Source: a virus. Taken from it: DNA of 64,000 bases. Made by a program: the position numbers and the translations under genes. Shown in pieces: positions 20,109 to 30,715 of this stretch. Position 1 is the first letter of the stretch. Every line of letters begins with the position of its first letter. The stretch lies in the UHGV virus genome UHGV-0213541, one strand, 5' to 3'. The notes beneath the pieces are model-generated. The model made no database searches, was not told where the DNA came from, and saw only the letters and a list, made by a program, of their open reading frames with translations.

Positions 20109-23002
20109 ATGTACCCCTCCTTCTGGCAGGTGCCCTAAAGTTTATTTCGATTTTCTTTGTCTTAGCGTAATTCTTTGCCATGCTGCGCTCAACCTGCATT
20201 GCTATGTAGTAGTTGTAACTAACCGAGCTGTAACGGTCCTTGCGTGCGCCGGGCTTTTCATGTACACGGATCAAATTGTTTGTCGCCTCATAATCAAGGT
20301 TGACCAACTCATTGACCATCAGCCCTGTATTGATAAACGGCAGCTGTAAAGCAGTGCGCTCTGTCGGCGTCATCTTGTCATAGCCCTTGAACTGCGCACG
20401 CAGCAGCTCCTCGCAATCGTACTCGGAATCAAGGAACCGGATACGTCCCTGCTGAATACCGCTTCGCAGTGCAATCGTCACATCATTGTTGAACTGTGCG
20501 CTGCCCATAATGGCCCAAATTACCTTGGGCGCGGTCTTATCTGGGCATCTGTCCTGGAAATCAGCGTTATTGCAGCAGTTCAGCGGTGGGAATATCTCTC
20601 CGCTCTCCGGGTCATAACACTCGTGCATCAACAGGTCCATGATCGGGGCACCAAGGCCCTTGGCGTCAATACCGATGTAGTCGCAGTCAAACCATTTAAA
20701 ATAACGGCGCAGTTTTAACACAAGGTCCTGCGTGATGATACCTTCGCAGTTTTCCGTATATACCATGTTACTGGTATATCGTCCACTGCTGCTCGGGGTC
20801 ATATTGTTCAAGAAAATGCTCGTTGCGTCGTTATCGCTATGCTTAGAACTCATCAAAGCAATATCGACCGTCAAAATACGCTTCTCCCCTGGCTTTTTCT
20901 TGGGCGGTTCAATAGATCTGCCTGCCAAAATAGTGCCAGGCGCATAAAATGCCTGCTTCAGATTGCGCACCTTGTTTATATCTTCAAAGCTGAACAGCCC
21001 GCCATCGGTCACGCCGATAAACATGGCTTCCATCTCCATACGGAACTTAATGTCGCTGAACGAAGATTCGGACATCTCATCCTCAACCTGCTCCAGTGAC
21101 AACATACCCTCTTTTACAGGCATCTGATACGGGAACCGGAAGCAGAAATATTTTTTGTCTGTGGCGTACATATTATAGAAATAGTCCTGGCACAACTGCC
21201 ACGACCAGTGAGATTGAAACCATGCTGAACTCAAGTACATTTCAATAGGTCGTTCCAGCAAATGTTTGTACTGCTTCTTCCGTAAATAACCAGGCTGGCG
21301 TGCAACCGTCAGGAAACGACGCAGGACCAGATCAATGACATCCTTGTCGATCATACGGAACTCGTCGCAGACCAGAATCGTAGCACGATGTCCGCGGGAG
21401 GTATCGCTCGCTGTAACAACTTCGATAAAGCTGCCATTACGGAATGTAATCTCAGCCTTACTTTGATTGATGACAACATCTTTTATCTCACTGCGCAATA
21501 GCGGCGACATTGGCATAAGTTCCTTGGTTATCTTTTCAAGAACCTGCGCACCCTGACTTCGAACCTTTGCGCAAACTACTATTTCGCTGTGCGGATAAAG
21601 AATCGCCTTATAAACGATGAATACTGCTGTCAGGAAAGTCTTTCCTAGCACATTGTTATCCTACCGGCTTTTTATCCGGCAGTTCTTATGGTTTCCCATA
21701 AGGTCAGCATACATTTTCATCCATGTAGGATGTCGGACACTCGTGGGCAGATTATATTCTATCTATGATAGGGTCACTGCCTATGCGTTACAATACTGCA
21801 CTTTATTAAAGGTACAGTTATCTCGGTATCAGCATTATCAGCCTTTACCGATTTTGCCCGATGCACTCAAGCAGATTTCTCCGCCTGTGGGCCTAAATTA
21901 GAAATATAGATATTGTATTTACGTAATAATTTTGGTGCATTATCATCTGCATACATAAGTTCACATAATCTTCTCATGTCATTTGTTTTAGTAACAACAA
22001 CACGGTTTTTCATATCGTTTACCTTATATACACTACTGCTGACACCATAAAGCTCTAGTAATTTCTTTTGACAAAATAGCGCAAATTCGTGATTTGGCGT
22101 TGTTATATTGATTTGAACTCTATTTTTCCCTTTTGCTGTATAGTTATAAATACATCCATTTCCATCAAAATATCCTCTATAGAAATCAATGAATAAGTCA
22201 TCGCTAACAATAGGGTGCTCATTTTTGTATGTTTTATTTTGAACAACACCATTCGACACTAGGTCCTCTGCCATTGCTCTGCTGTACATACGAAGCACAG
22301 ATGAATGAGTGTTACAATAACTTTGAATTATAAAAACGTGTTCTTTGTCAATATCTTTTATCTGAAAAACGCCGCCGAATACATTATTTAAGCGCTCCAG
22401 CATATATTTATCGTTACGTTGTAATTCTATACTTATCTCGTAATTTGATCTGTTTTTGTCGCAAATTACCCAGCCATCAGCGTAAAGCAATCCAAGCCAA
22501 TATGCTTTTTCTTTGGTATCAATATCTTTAAAATATCTATTATCAAATACTCTTTTTTTACGCATACCGAGTCTCAATGCCCTAGCCTGTATTTGCTTGG
22601 CTCCATAGCCTAATATCTCGCCAATCTCGCCGCTTGTTTTTGTCATATAGTTATCCAGTATGTATAAATCTTCTTCTTTTGTAAACATTGCTGGACGACC
22701 AGTAGGCTTAACTTTACTCATACAATATCTCTCCTTATTTTTAAAATAATAAAGAGAGGGCGGGTGTCTATCCCGCAAAATCTCTAATTTTGTTGACCAC
22801 GACTTCCAATGAAGCAGAAATTCGTCGCCAGATTCATCATAAAAAGCAAGACGACCTGGAACGGATGCAGCTCTAAGTTTAAATAGTCCTTGCAAAATCG
22901 GTGCGGGTTTGCCCTGTAAAAAGAGCACCACTTCGCCACCGCGTTCATGATTTGCGTAGCCTTGTCATTTGCAACTTCTTCTGCAGTTCTTTTCTGAGCC
23001 AT
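20098..23002 (-). CDS. terL: Terminase large subunit, spliced: exon 1 23002-22796 + exon 2 21648-20098 (585 aa)
   Basis: Joining restores Walker A GSRG|LGKT; Walker B ILVCDEF; nuclease domain LTVDIA...KDRYSS. Confidence 0.9.
21649..22795 (-). ncRNA. Group I intron in the terL Walker A motif (1147 nt)
   Basis: Exon ends in U (GGU), intron ends in G; P3 UCGGGCA 21855-21861 / UGUCCGA 21733-21739; P4 UCGGU/ACCGA; P7 GCAUA/UAUGC in GUAACGCAUAG 21781-21791 and AAAAUGUAUGC 21707-21717. Confidence 0.88.
21867..22721 (-). CDS. Intron-encoded LAGLIDADG homing endonuclease with N-terminal HTH/Myb-like domain (284 aa)
   Basis: AYWLGLLYADG and FYRGYFDGNGCI motifs; own SD AAGGAG before ATG 22721; AT-rich. 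Confidence 0.88.
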   Translation of the reverse strand: MSKVKPTGRPAMFTKEEDLYILDNYMTKTSGEIGEILGYGAKQIQARALRLGMRKKRVFDNRYFKDIDTKEKAYWLGLLYADGWVICDKNRSNYEISIELQRNDKYMLERLNNVFGGVFQIKDIDKEHVFIIQSYCNTHSSVLRMYSRAMAEDLVSNGVVQNKTYKNEHPIVSDDLFIDFYRGYFDGNGCIYNYTAKGKNRVQINITTPNHEFALFCQKKLLELYGVSSSVYKVNDMKNRVVVTKTNDMRRLCELMYADDNAPKLLRKYNIYISNLGPQAEKSA

Positions 23003-23013
23003 GACCTACCACC

Positions 23014-24048
23014 TCACTTTGCAGCTTCGGCGGCCTCATCAGGCTCATCGTCATTCATGTAATATTCCGGCTTGTGCGCGGTATAACGTTCCATTTCAGC
23101 GTCATATTCCTCTTTATAAGGGTTCTTCAGCTTAAACAGTTCGCACAAGGCGCTAAGCACCCATACACGGAAATAGTGGCCAATACCATCTACATCCTTC
23201 CACGCCGGGTCAGGCTCAGGGATCGGGTCGCTCCGCTCCCATTTTTCAATCAGCGTGCCAAAGGTGTTTGCCTCGGCAAGCGCATTGTCGTTTGTCTGGT
23301 TAGGCTTAATGTTAGCAGACCCAAGCAAGCTCTGCAGGTTGTCATTGGCCGTTTTAATGTCCTTGACATCGCCACTCTTGGCCGCACGCTCACAGGCAAG
23401 CTCACCAATGCAGATATTCTTGAACAATACCTCCTGCGCTTTTGTCTTGCACTCGTACCGCGTTGTCCAGTCTTTGTACTCTCTATCCAGGAACAGATAC
23501 TCCTGATCCTTCATGGATGTTCCCCAAAAATCAAGCATACGCTGGCTGACACGCCCCTTGGCATCTACGGCTTGGGAGTTATCATCAACCTCATTGATGA
23601 TGCGGCCATTAACTTCTTCCAGGTAATCGTCAAAGGTTTTGTTGCGGTACTGTACAATGTTCAGCTGCTTGACCCATGCAGCCATGCGGGTAAGATTCGC
23701 TGCACGATTTGCCGTAGATCTGAAAATTTTGTCGTTGTAATACATATCAAACCGCATACAAACGCGCTTTGCAGCATCCTCTTCGTTGCCAAGCGTCTTG
23801 CAATAATGGTCGTACAACTTGTCAACACAACTCTTGCAACTCGGCATAAAGTGGTTGTTTCCTGCCCACAGCTGACTTTGGCTCGGATAAAAGTTATCCT
23901 TTTGGCGTGTAAATTTCTTATGACATGTCACACAGAAAAACACTTCCGGCTGGTCCTCCTCCGCCATAATGCGCTGGATTCGCGCCTGTGCCTCTGCGTG
24001 CTCTCGTAAAATCGTCGCTTTGTTTTTAGCGCCTTTGGGTCGTCCCAT
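23014..24048 (-). CDS. Zn-binding protein upstream of terL, candidate terminase small subunit
   Basis: CVTC...FY...CKSC motifs; position directly before terL. Confidence 0.55.
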   Translation of the reverse strand: MGRPKGAKNKATILREHAEAQARIQRIMAEEDQPEVFFCVTCHKKFTRQKDNFYPSQSQLWAGNNHFMPSCKSCVDKLYDHYCKTLGNEEDAAKRVCMRFDMYYNDKIFRSTANRAANLTRMAAWVKQLNIVQYRNKTFDDYLEEVNGRIINEVDDNSQAVDAKGRVSQRMLDFWGTSMKDQEYLFLDREYKDWTTRYECKTKAQEVLFKNICIGELACERAAKSGDVKDIKTANDNLQSLLGSANIKPNQTNDNALAEANTFGTLIEKWERSDPIPEPDPAWKDVDGIGHYFRVWVLSALCELFKLKNPYKEEYDAEMERYTAHKPEYYMNDDEPDEAAEAAK

Positions 24049-24302
24049 TACGGATCACCCACCTTGTTTTTTGTTGGGTTACCGTCCTCGTCAAAATCAG
24101 CAAACTGATTACGACCGCCGTTACTCCAATAGTTCACAATCGCCAGCAGCTTTGGTGTTCGCTTAAACACACAAAACGGTGCGCCGGTAATATCGTTCAC
24201 CTCGCGCTTCTCGTAGCTAAGTCCATACGCCTTCAAAAAGTTTGTCAGGCGGCTGGAATAGCTGCAAAAAAACTCGGGCTGCTTCTTAACGTTCTCCTCC
24301 AA
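24048..24302 (-). CDS. Small DUF5659-like protein
   Basis: FFCSYSSRLTNFLKAYG...VFKRTPKL pattern. Confidence 0.5.
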   Translation of the reverse strand: MEENVKKQPEFFCSYSSRLTNFLKAYGLSYEKREVNDITGAPFCVFKRTPKLLAIVNYWSNGGRNQFADFDEDGNPTKNKVGDP

Positions 24303-24338
24303 AAACTCACTTCCCTTCCCTTAAAAAATGCCGCTGTG

Positions 24339-25523
24339 TTAGTCCAGCTTTACATCATAGGCGCAATCCAGCCCTAGGTCATTGACGACCAAAACTGTCT
24401 GCTCTGGTTTATTCTTCAATCGCTTATCCATACAATAATTGTCGGGGCCATCCACGCAGCCGCTCTCGTAGACCTTCGTGTCATACACGGTGGTCAGGCC
24501 ATTGGTATGTCGGTGCCCCATCAAAACAATATCGGGCTTTACACCCGTCATCATCGTGATATTGTTGACTACTCCCGTGGGAGTATCCTTGTCACCATGC
24601 ACAGCAAATACATCCAGCGTGCGCACTGCAAATCTAACCATTGAGCCGTCATAATCTACATCACATACGTGTACGTTGTTAATCTGCGCACATTTTGCCT
24701 GTACGTAGTAGCTCACAAGCCTGTCCAGATACTCTCCGTGCTGATTGTCTTCTTTATTAGGGAATACGCGGCTGTGGTTGCCAGGTACGCTGTATACCTC
24801 AACGTCGAGGAACAGCTTCGCCATCTCTGCCACAAACCAGCTTACAGCCTCGCTGGCAGAAATCACCTGGTCAATCACATTCTCATTGTTTTCCAGGCGG
24901 CTGTTTACGTGGATCGCTCCATTGACCATATCGCCTCCCAGCACCACATAGCACTTCTTGGCGTTGTGCCGCCGCCAGATCTCTGTAACTTTGCCAGCAT
25001 ATTTGCGCAGACGGTACATCATAATCTGCTGATTATACTGGTTGCAGTAGTTGGAAATCTTGATCCCGGCGTGCAGATCAGTCAAATGAACGATCAGGTC
25101 ACAATCGCCCTGTCCTACACACTGCAGCACATCCAGACGCTCATACTCAGCTGGGTCATAGGCATCAACGCGACGCTCGATCAGCTCACGCATACTCTCA
25201 CCACGCGCTTTTGCACGAAGCAGCCGACTAACCTCGTTACGCTCATCACGCATCTTGACCCGCGCCTTCTCCAGCTCACGCCGCTCCTCGCGGATGCTTT
25301 CCAGCAGCTCTTCCGTTCTGGCTGTATCGACCTCGCTCACCTGCTGCAGATCCTGGTATGCTTTCCATGTCTTTCGGTAAGCGCACTCGCCCTTATCCCA
25401 GCCAAGCGTTGTATTGATGACATTTGCAACGTCAGTCCATGTACCAATTTCATCCTTGTTGCGGCAGACGCGATACACATACTGCGCGTCCGTCTCACCG
25501 CTCAATTTCGGCCAATCATTCAT
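24339..25523 (-). CDS. Calcineurin-like metallophosphoesterase / nuclease
   Basis: TDLH, GGDMVNG, PGNH, VHGD and MGHRH motifs. Confidence 0.88.
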   Translation of the reverse strand: MNDWPKLSGETDAQYVYRVCRNKDEIGTWTDVANVINTTLGWDKGECAYRKTWKAYQDLQQVSEVDTARTEELLESIREERRELEKARVKMRDERNEVSRLLRAKARGESMRELIERRVDAYDPAEYERLDVLQCVGQGDCDLIVHLTDLHAGIKISNYCNQYNQQIMMYRLRKYAGKVTEIWRRHNAKKCYVVLGGDMVNGAIHVNSRLENNENVIDQVISASEAVSWFVAEMAKLFLDVEVYSVPGNHSRVFPNKEDNQHGEYLDRLVSYYVQAKCAQINNVHVCDVDYDGSMVRFAVRTLDVFAVHGDKDTPTGVVNNITMMTGVKPDIVLMGHRHTNGLTTVYDTKVYESGCVDGPDNYCMDKRLKNKPEQTVLVVNDLGLDCAYDVKLD

Positions 25524-25735
25524 GCAACCACCTCGTCACCCAAAGTACGGGCGGTACGGCGGCGTTCATCCCGCTCCATCTCCTCCAGTGCCTGCTGTGC
25601 ATCAACATTATTAACAAGCGCATTCAGCACATCTCTGGTCTCGTCAACCATGGTCTTATGCACAGTCGTAACCATGTGCGCACGGGGGAACTTCTCACGG
25701 ATCATCTTGGCCTCTGCCTTAGAAATAGTAATCAT
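25520..25735 (-). CDS. Hypothetical protein
   Basis: SD AAGGAG before ATG 25735; overlaps the next start. Confidence 0.6.
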   Translation of the reverse strand: MITISKAEAKMIREKFPRAHMVTTVHKTMVDETRDVLNALVNNVDAQQALEEMERDERRRTARTLGDEVVA

Positions 25736-25860
25736 ACAAACATCGCTCCTTATAAAACCTTTTAAAATCGGACAAAACAAAAGCCCGCCCAAAGCCGAAG
25801 CCCTGGACGGGATAAAGTCATCAGTCCTTAATCGTTGTAAACCGCCTTATTTTAAAAGCG

Positions 25861-26682
25861 TTACATCGTAGAATGCCGCTGTCTGTATTTGCGTACTCTT
25901 TCTCTTGTCTGTTCTCTTTTTATGATCTTGGCACAATCATCACAATATTTTGTCATGTTCCCTCTTGCCGTAAACGCACAGCCGCAGCTCACGCAGAACC
26001 GTATGTTTTTCAACCCCACCGTTTGATACAAAGCATACAGGTTCAGCCGATTTGTGTCAGGCGTAACAACCATCTCGTATACAACTTCATTATTCTTCAA
26101 ATCATAATTCTCGTAGGTATAATAACAGCCAACCTTCTTTGCGGTATGTTCGCTGTCCGTCCGCAGCAGGATGCCGTACTCATCGCTCACCGTCTCCATC
26201 CCTATCGGCGCGTGATAAGTCTCGTACCACTTTCCCTTTCTGATGGTAACATCATGCAGGTGCGATTCAAAACAGCCGCAAAACCGCTTGATCTTAAACT
26301 CTGTCGTCAAATCTATCGTGTCCATATGTAAAATCCTACACATCATCACAACGCCAAACAGGCAAAGTTGCTCTTTCTGCTTCAGATTGTGTGTCTCAAT
26401 TTGTGTCATGATCCATTCAAGGTCTTGTTTATATACTTTTATACTGTCAATCTGTAATAACTCACATGTCTTCGTTCCGCAGGTCTCAAAATGTCTTACA
26501 AGGTCATATCTGTCGTAGTTCAAATTCAAACTGTTGTCAAACATCGTAAGGTACATATCAGCACATTTGTCAGGCGTCATTCCGCTGCGTCCAATCACGC
26601 GCTTCAACGCACGGTTTCCCAAATCGTTCTTCTTGTAATGATCAAGCAGCATCTTCTCGTTGCAGTAAAAATCATAAAACAT
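25861..26682 (-). CDS. Hypothetical protein with C-terminal Zn finger and basic helix, coupled to the RNA polymerase gene
   Basis: CVSCG...YCDDC...REQTRERVRKYR; SD GGAGGTG. Confidence 0.7.
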   Translation of the reverse strand: MFYDFYCNEKMLLDHYKKNDLGNRALKRVIGRSGMTPDKCADMYLTMFDNSLNLNYDRYDLVRHFETCGTKTCELLQIDSIKVYKQDLEWIMTQIETHNLKQKEQLCLFGVVMMCRILHMDTIDLTTEFKIKRFCGCFESHLHDVTIRKGKWYETYHAPIGMETVSDEYGILLRTDSEHTAKKVGCYYTYENYDLKNNEVVYEMVVTPDTNRLNLYALYQTVGLKNIRFCVSCGCAFTARGNMTKYCDDCAKIIKREQTRERVRKYRQRHSTM

Positions 26683-29600
26683 CGCAGTCACCTCCCGGTA
26701 CAAGCTCTGCATCGATATACTCTACCGGGATGTCGCTTTCCACAGGGGCCAGCGTATAACGCTTTCCAAGGTACTCGTACTCGCCGTCATCGCACTCCTG
26801 CGGTAGGCAGATGTTTACCTGTTTGATGTTCTCTACTACACCCTTACCGGCCATCTGCCACATGAACTTTTTGTTGCGGCTCTTATACTTGTCATAGCAC
26901 AATACCACACAAATGTTTGCAAGCTCACGCACATCCGGCACGATCTGCTGGCACCGGCTGCGGTAAATGTTGTAGTAATACTGCCAGTTTACCTCAAAAT
27001 TCGTAGCGATCTCTTTCGTAATGTTCTGTTCTCTTAAAATATCTTTGTACGTTTCGTAGTGTCTGCACTGGTGATTCAGCTCCGCCAAATCCCTGCACAG
27101 CTTGTAAAATTCGCAAAATATCAACTCAATAGCGTCAAAGTGTTCCTGGGCATACCCAATCTCTTCATCAAACATGATCCTCCAGTCGAACTTTTTCATG
27201 CGCCGTTTTCGGATCGTGTTTTCCCAGCGCTCAAGCTCAAAGCACAGCATGTTCATGTTGGAGTGGGCACAACTCAGCTTTTTCATCCGCTTGTAGTACG
27301 GGCTTGCGTACTTCATAAAATACGGCAGCGGACGACCGTATTTCGCAATGTTGCGGGGCACTGGGTAAAGCACTCCCGTCTTGGCAAAATCGCATTTCTG
27401 CTTTTGGACTATATCATCATCTCACATCTGTTGGACTATGAGAGGCTGGCACTTCCACGCCGGATTTTCACCAGAACGTGTACTCCCTTGCGGGATAGTC
27501 TCTTAACCTTCCCCTGTTATGGGGCTTGGCACAGGATTATTCATTTGACCTTCCCTGTCAGCCTGTTATCTTACCACCATTTCCTGCGGCTCCTAAGCGT
27601 ATAACAGACACCCTGCTCTTGCAGGTTCACCAGCTTTTACACTGAACGTCACCGTACAGCGCCACCGATTTTGATGGCTTTCGTTACTACTCTATGTTAC
27701 CATAGGGACTAGACTATCTCTTCCGCATTTCTGCGGCCGTGCGCTTCGACCGGGCTACCAACTCCGGCCTACATAGCTACATTCATCACTATTAGTCGTT
27801 ACGCCTTCCTCTTGCGAGGCTTGGCACGGTATTGTCTCCTACCCAAGAGAGTTTCACCGTTAGCCGCCATAAAGACGACACCGCTGGTAAGGCGTTCACA
27901 CAGTTTTACAACGGCAAGGCTGTTTACCGTTGACCACAGACAGCAGATCAACATATCCCTCATATCGCTTTTTCTGCTCCTGTGTTTTTGGCGCTTTATT
28001 GTGATATGCACTCGCATAGTTGCTTATCTCTCCAATGGAGCTGCGCAAGCTGCGAATAATACAGTTTGTTCTGTTCTGGATGCTGTATTCTTCCTTCAAT
28101 GCAGTGACCTTATCCTCAACATCAATGACCACAGAAGCGTTGCGATCAACACCGCTCATAATTATAGGGTCATTAACAATCAACGTGAGATCACCGTCAT
28201 ACGTACCTACGATATATTTTGCGTAGGTGCTGACTATATCTTCTGCCGTTTTCGGCAGCGGTGCGCTCCCAGTCGCGTATCAATAGCGGCCGTACTCCGG
28301 TACACTCATCCCGGATAGTCGATGCACTCCTTGCGAAGCACAGGATTCTCCCCTGCGGGCATTCCCTGTTAGCAGCCGTTAGGCCACACCCCTGATGAAG
28401 GGTTCACACCGTTCCAAATGCTGTGTTACCACAGCCCCGAACCATGACTGATCCGCGCCATTTAATCGCTGCGGCGTGATACTTTTGCAGTTTACAATCG
28501 CCGTGTTGACCAAATGTCCACAATACTTCTCCAGAAGTTCGTTCGTTGTTCCTTTTAAAATAACATGTTCACTCTTGCAAATATGTGGGTTCCGCTCTAA
28601 CAATCGCTCACCAAGCATGGTTCCTGTTCTGTCAAAGCAAAAGAATTCATCCGCCTCCAGCGATCCCTTTAAGGGCAACCCGCCGATGTGTTCCATCAGC
28701 ATAATCAAATCAGGAGTTAATGTTTTGAAAGTTGATTTAGTCCAGAGCTTTCCACACTTCATATCATCGCGGTACTTCCCAAGCAAGTTCACAATGTAAT
28801 TCCGCACGCCGTCCTCGTTCATCATCTCCGGGTTTTTGAGAATGGCTGCGCAGTAGTCGTTCAACGCCTTATGCTTATCAGCGTACATGCCAAGAAAGCA
28901 GTATGTATAAATCGGGTCGCCGTCTGTGATCTTTTCAAACCAGTTGATGCTGTCATCTGCGATAGAGCGGAACTTGTCATACGGCAAGTCCAAATCCTGC
29001 AAAATCTGGTAGTTTGCCCGCGTCATAAGCGGCTCCGTATCGGCATCGAAGTTCCACTTGGCAATACCAAAACAATGGTTGTACTTCTTGAACTGATACC
29101 AATACTCCTCCCAGTCCGCAATCGTGCCGGTTTTGTTGAAGTAGGAGTATCCCTTGTACTGTCCCTCCGTCAAAATCATCAGCGGTTCTGCGCCCGGGCT
29201 TACATCGTGCTGCACACCCCAGATATCTGTAATGAACCGCACGCCGCGCTCTGCAAAAAAAGTCTCATAGTCAACACTATGAACCACGCCCTTCATCAGA
29301 GGGAGCCTGATCACCGCGCTCGTAATCGGCGTATCACTGCCAATCCTACGGCGAACTTCCTCCATGATCTTCGGATGTGCAATGCCGCAGCCGTCAAATG
29401 CGTTGATGGTAATGTCGCGGACGCCTTCCGTGATGTCCTTCTGTGTCCAATCACGCTCTGCACCGGTGTTCTTATCCTTGAACTTGATCTTTCTATCATA
29501 CACATACTTGATGTGCTGGTCCTTAATGGTCAAAAAACAGTCCGGAACAACGACAATATTCGGCACCCAGCCCTCAATGCAGTGGCAACTGGAGAAGCAC

Positions 29601-30022
29601 AACCCCCGATAACCAGAATACTTCGATATAACACACTTTTCAAAAGTTATTCCCATCGTGATACGCTTATCCAGCTCCTTGGCGATTCGTCTGTCAACAA
29701 AACTCAGGATGCCCTGCCGTACCATGCTGGCACTGCGCTCGCTCACCACAAATTCCTGCTTGCCAACCTTGAACCCGTGGTGGATCAGCCGCGTCATCTC
29801 TTTCTTTTTGTTCTGCCCGCCCACGCAGTTCACAAACACCACAAAGCGGTTGAATTTATCGGTCTCATATGTAATCAGCCGTACCTGCCGGAAAAGCATG
29901 TTGTCTCCCTGTTTTACCTGAAAGCGCTTTTCTTCATCCGGGTCAAGCTGGATGTTAAAGTTGTTGCTTATAATAAAGGAAAGCGGGAACTTCCTTACGA
30001 TATACAGCGGCGGTGAAAACAT
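26672..30022 (-). CDS. yonO: YonO-like single-subunit RNA polymerase, spliced from 4 exons: 30022-28451, 28201-27926, 27681-27674, 27392-26672 (858 aa)
   Basis: RSASMVRQG, FDGCG, IRLP..KG, RNPH; splicing restores GAD|YDGD and NG|KAI|DFAKTG; exon lengths 1572+276+8+721=2577 nt, in frame. Confidence 0.9.
27393..27673 (-). ncRNA. Group I intron 3 of the RNA polymerase gene (281 nt, ORF-less)
   Basis: P1 GCCAU/GUGGC; perfect P10 AAAAUCG/CGAUUUU; P3 GCUGGU/GCCAGC; AAGAGACUAU (27495-27504) and GAUGAUAUAGUC (27407-27418). Confidence 0.9.
27682..27925 (-). ncRNA. Group I intron 2 of the RNA polymerase gene (244 nt, ORF-less)
   Basis: P1 CAACGGU/GCCGUUG; P3 CUGUGUG/CGCACGG; GUAACGACUA (27793-27802) and AAGAGAUAGUC (27712-27722); ends in G. 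Confidence 0.9.
28202..28450 (-). ncRNA. Group I intron 1 of the RNA polymerase gene (249 nt, ORF-less)
   Basis: Exon ends GAU, intron ends G; P1 CGGAU/GUUCG; P10 GUCAUG/UAUGAC; P3 CGGUGUG/CGCACCG; CAUCGACUAU and AAGAUAUAGUC (28232-28242). Confidence 0.92.
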
Positions 30023-30303
30023 TATTCGTCCCCCTTTCCGTCTGCGTCTTCGTCTGGGTCTACCTGCTCCAGCTTCATAGCCCCCGTGTCAAAGCACCAG
30101 CGGTATATAACAGCCCAGACCAGGCCAACGACCACCGGCACACCGACAAATAGCGCCAGCGCGAACAGCCAATTCACCCCCAATCCAACCGCAACGACCA
30201 CTGCAATCGCACATATAACCCACACGATCGTCTTGAACATACCCCACGCATCAAGCGCGGCCTGCATCAAAATCAGTTTCGTCTCTGCACGCTTAATATC
30301 CAA
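30022..30303 (-). CDS. Small two-TM membrane protein
   Basis: SD AAGGAGG before TTG 30303; two hydrophobic helices. Confidence 0.6.
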   Translation of the reverse strand: MDIKRAETKLILMQAALDAWGMFKTIVWVICAIAVVVAVGLGVNWLFALALFVGVPVVVGLVWAVIYRWCFDTGAMKLEQVDPDEDADGKGDE

Positions 30304-30343
30304 ACAGCGTACCTCCTTTGTTTTATACATTTTGTAATAGTGC

Positions 30344-30643
30344 TCATACGGTGCGCACCATCTCATGCCAGCACGGCAGCTGCCTTACCCAAGGCCGTCC
30401 GATTGCACATAGCCGTCCAAAATATTCTTCGTCGCTAAAACTGTCCCTCTCTGGATACTGATGCGTAAAAAGATACACTTTCGCTTCCAGAACGTTGTAA
30501 AAAGCGTGTCTGGCAAAAATATATCCATTATACATTCTGTATTTATGGCGAAGGACTTCACTATTACTGGCATTGCATTTATCTGGAGTGCCCCACTTTA
30601 AGACCGTCTTCCCTGTCTTTGTGTCAACAAGCTCAATTTCCAT
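30344..30643 (-). CDS. Hypothetical protein
   Basis: 99-aa ORF with SD. Confidence 0.55.
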   Translation of the reverse strand: MEIELVDTKTGKTVLKWGTPDKCNASNSEVLRHKYRMYNGYIFARHAFYNVLEAKVYLFTHQYPERDSFSDEEYFGRLCAIGRPWVRQLPCWHEMVRTV

Positions 30644-30715
30644 ACAACATCACCTGCCTTTCCTGCCCACCGCAGCGGTTCTGTTTATATCATCGCCCCG
30701 TTGGGCGTTAGTTCG

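Noticed and set aside
21867..22931. 354-aa ORF suggesting a frameshift fusion of terL exon 1 with the endonuclease, or an intein
   Set aside because: The endonuclease has its own SD and ATG at 22721 and its own stop; no intein termini are present; group I splicing explains the terL split.
15094..30016. Long + strand ORFs (e.g. 15094-16122, 23074-24009, 24669-25871, 28871-30016)
   Set aside because: Antisense shadows of codon-biased - strand genes, with no SDs or motifs.
26672..30022. RNA polymerase fragments read as a pseudogene or as stop-codon recoding
   Set aside because: The gaps are well-formed group I introns whose removal restores frame and motifs; other genes end normally at TAA, TAG and TGA.
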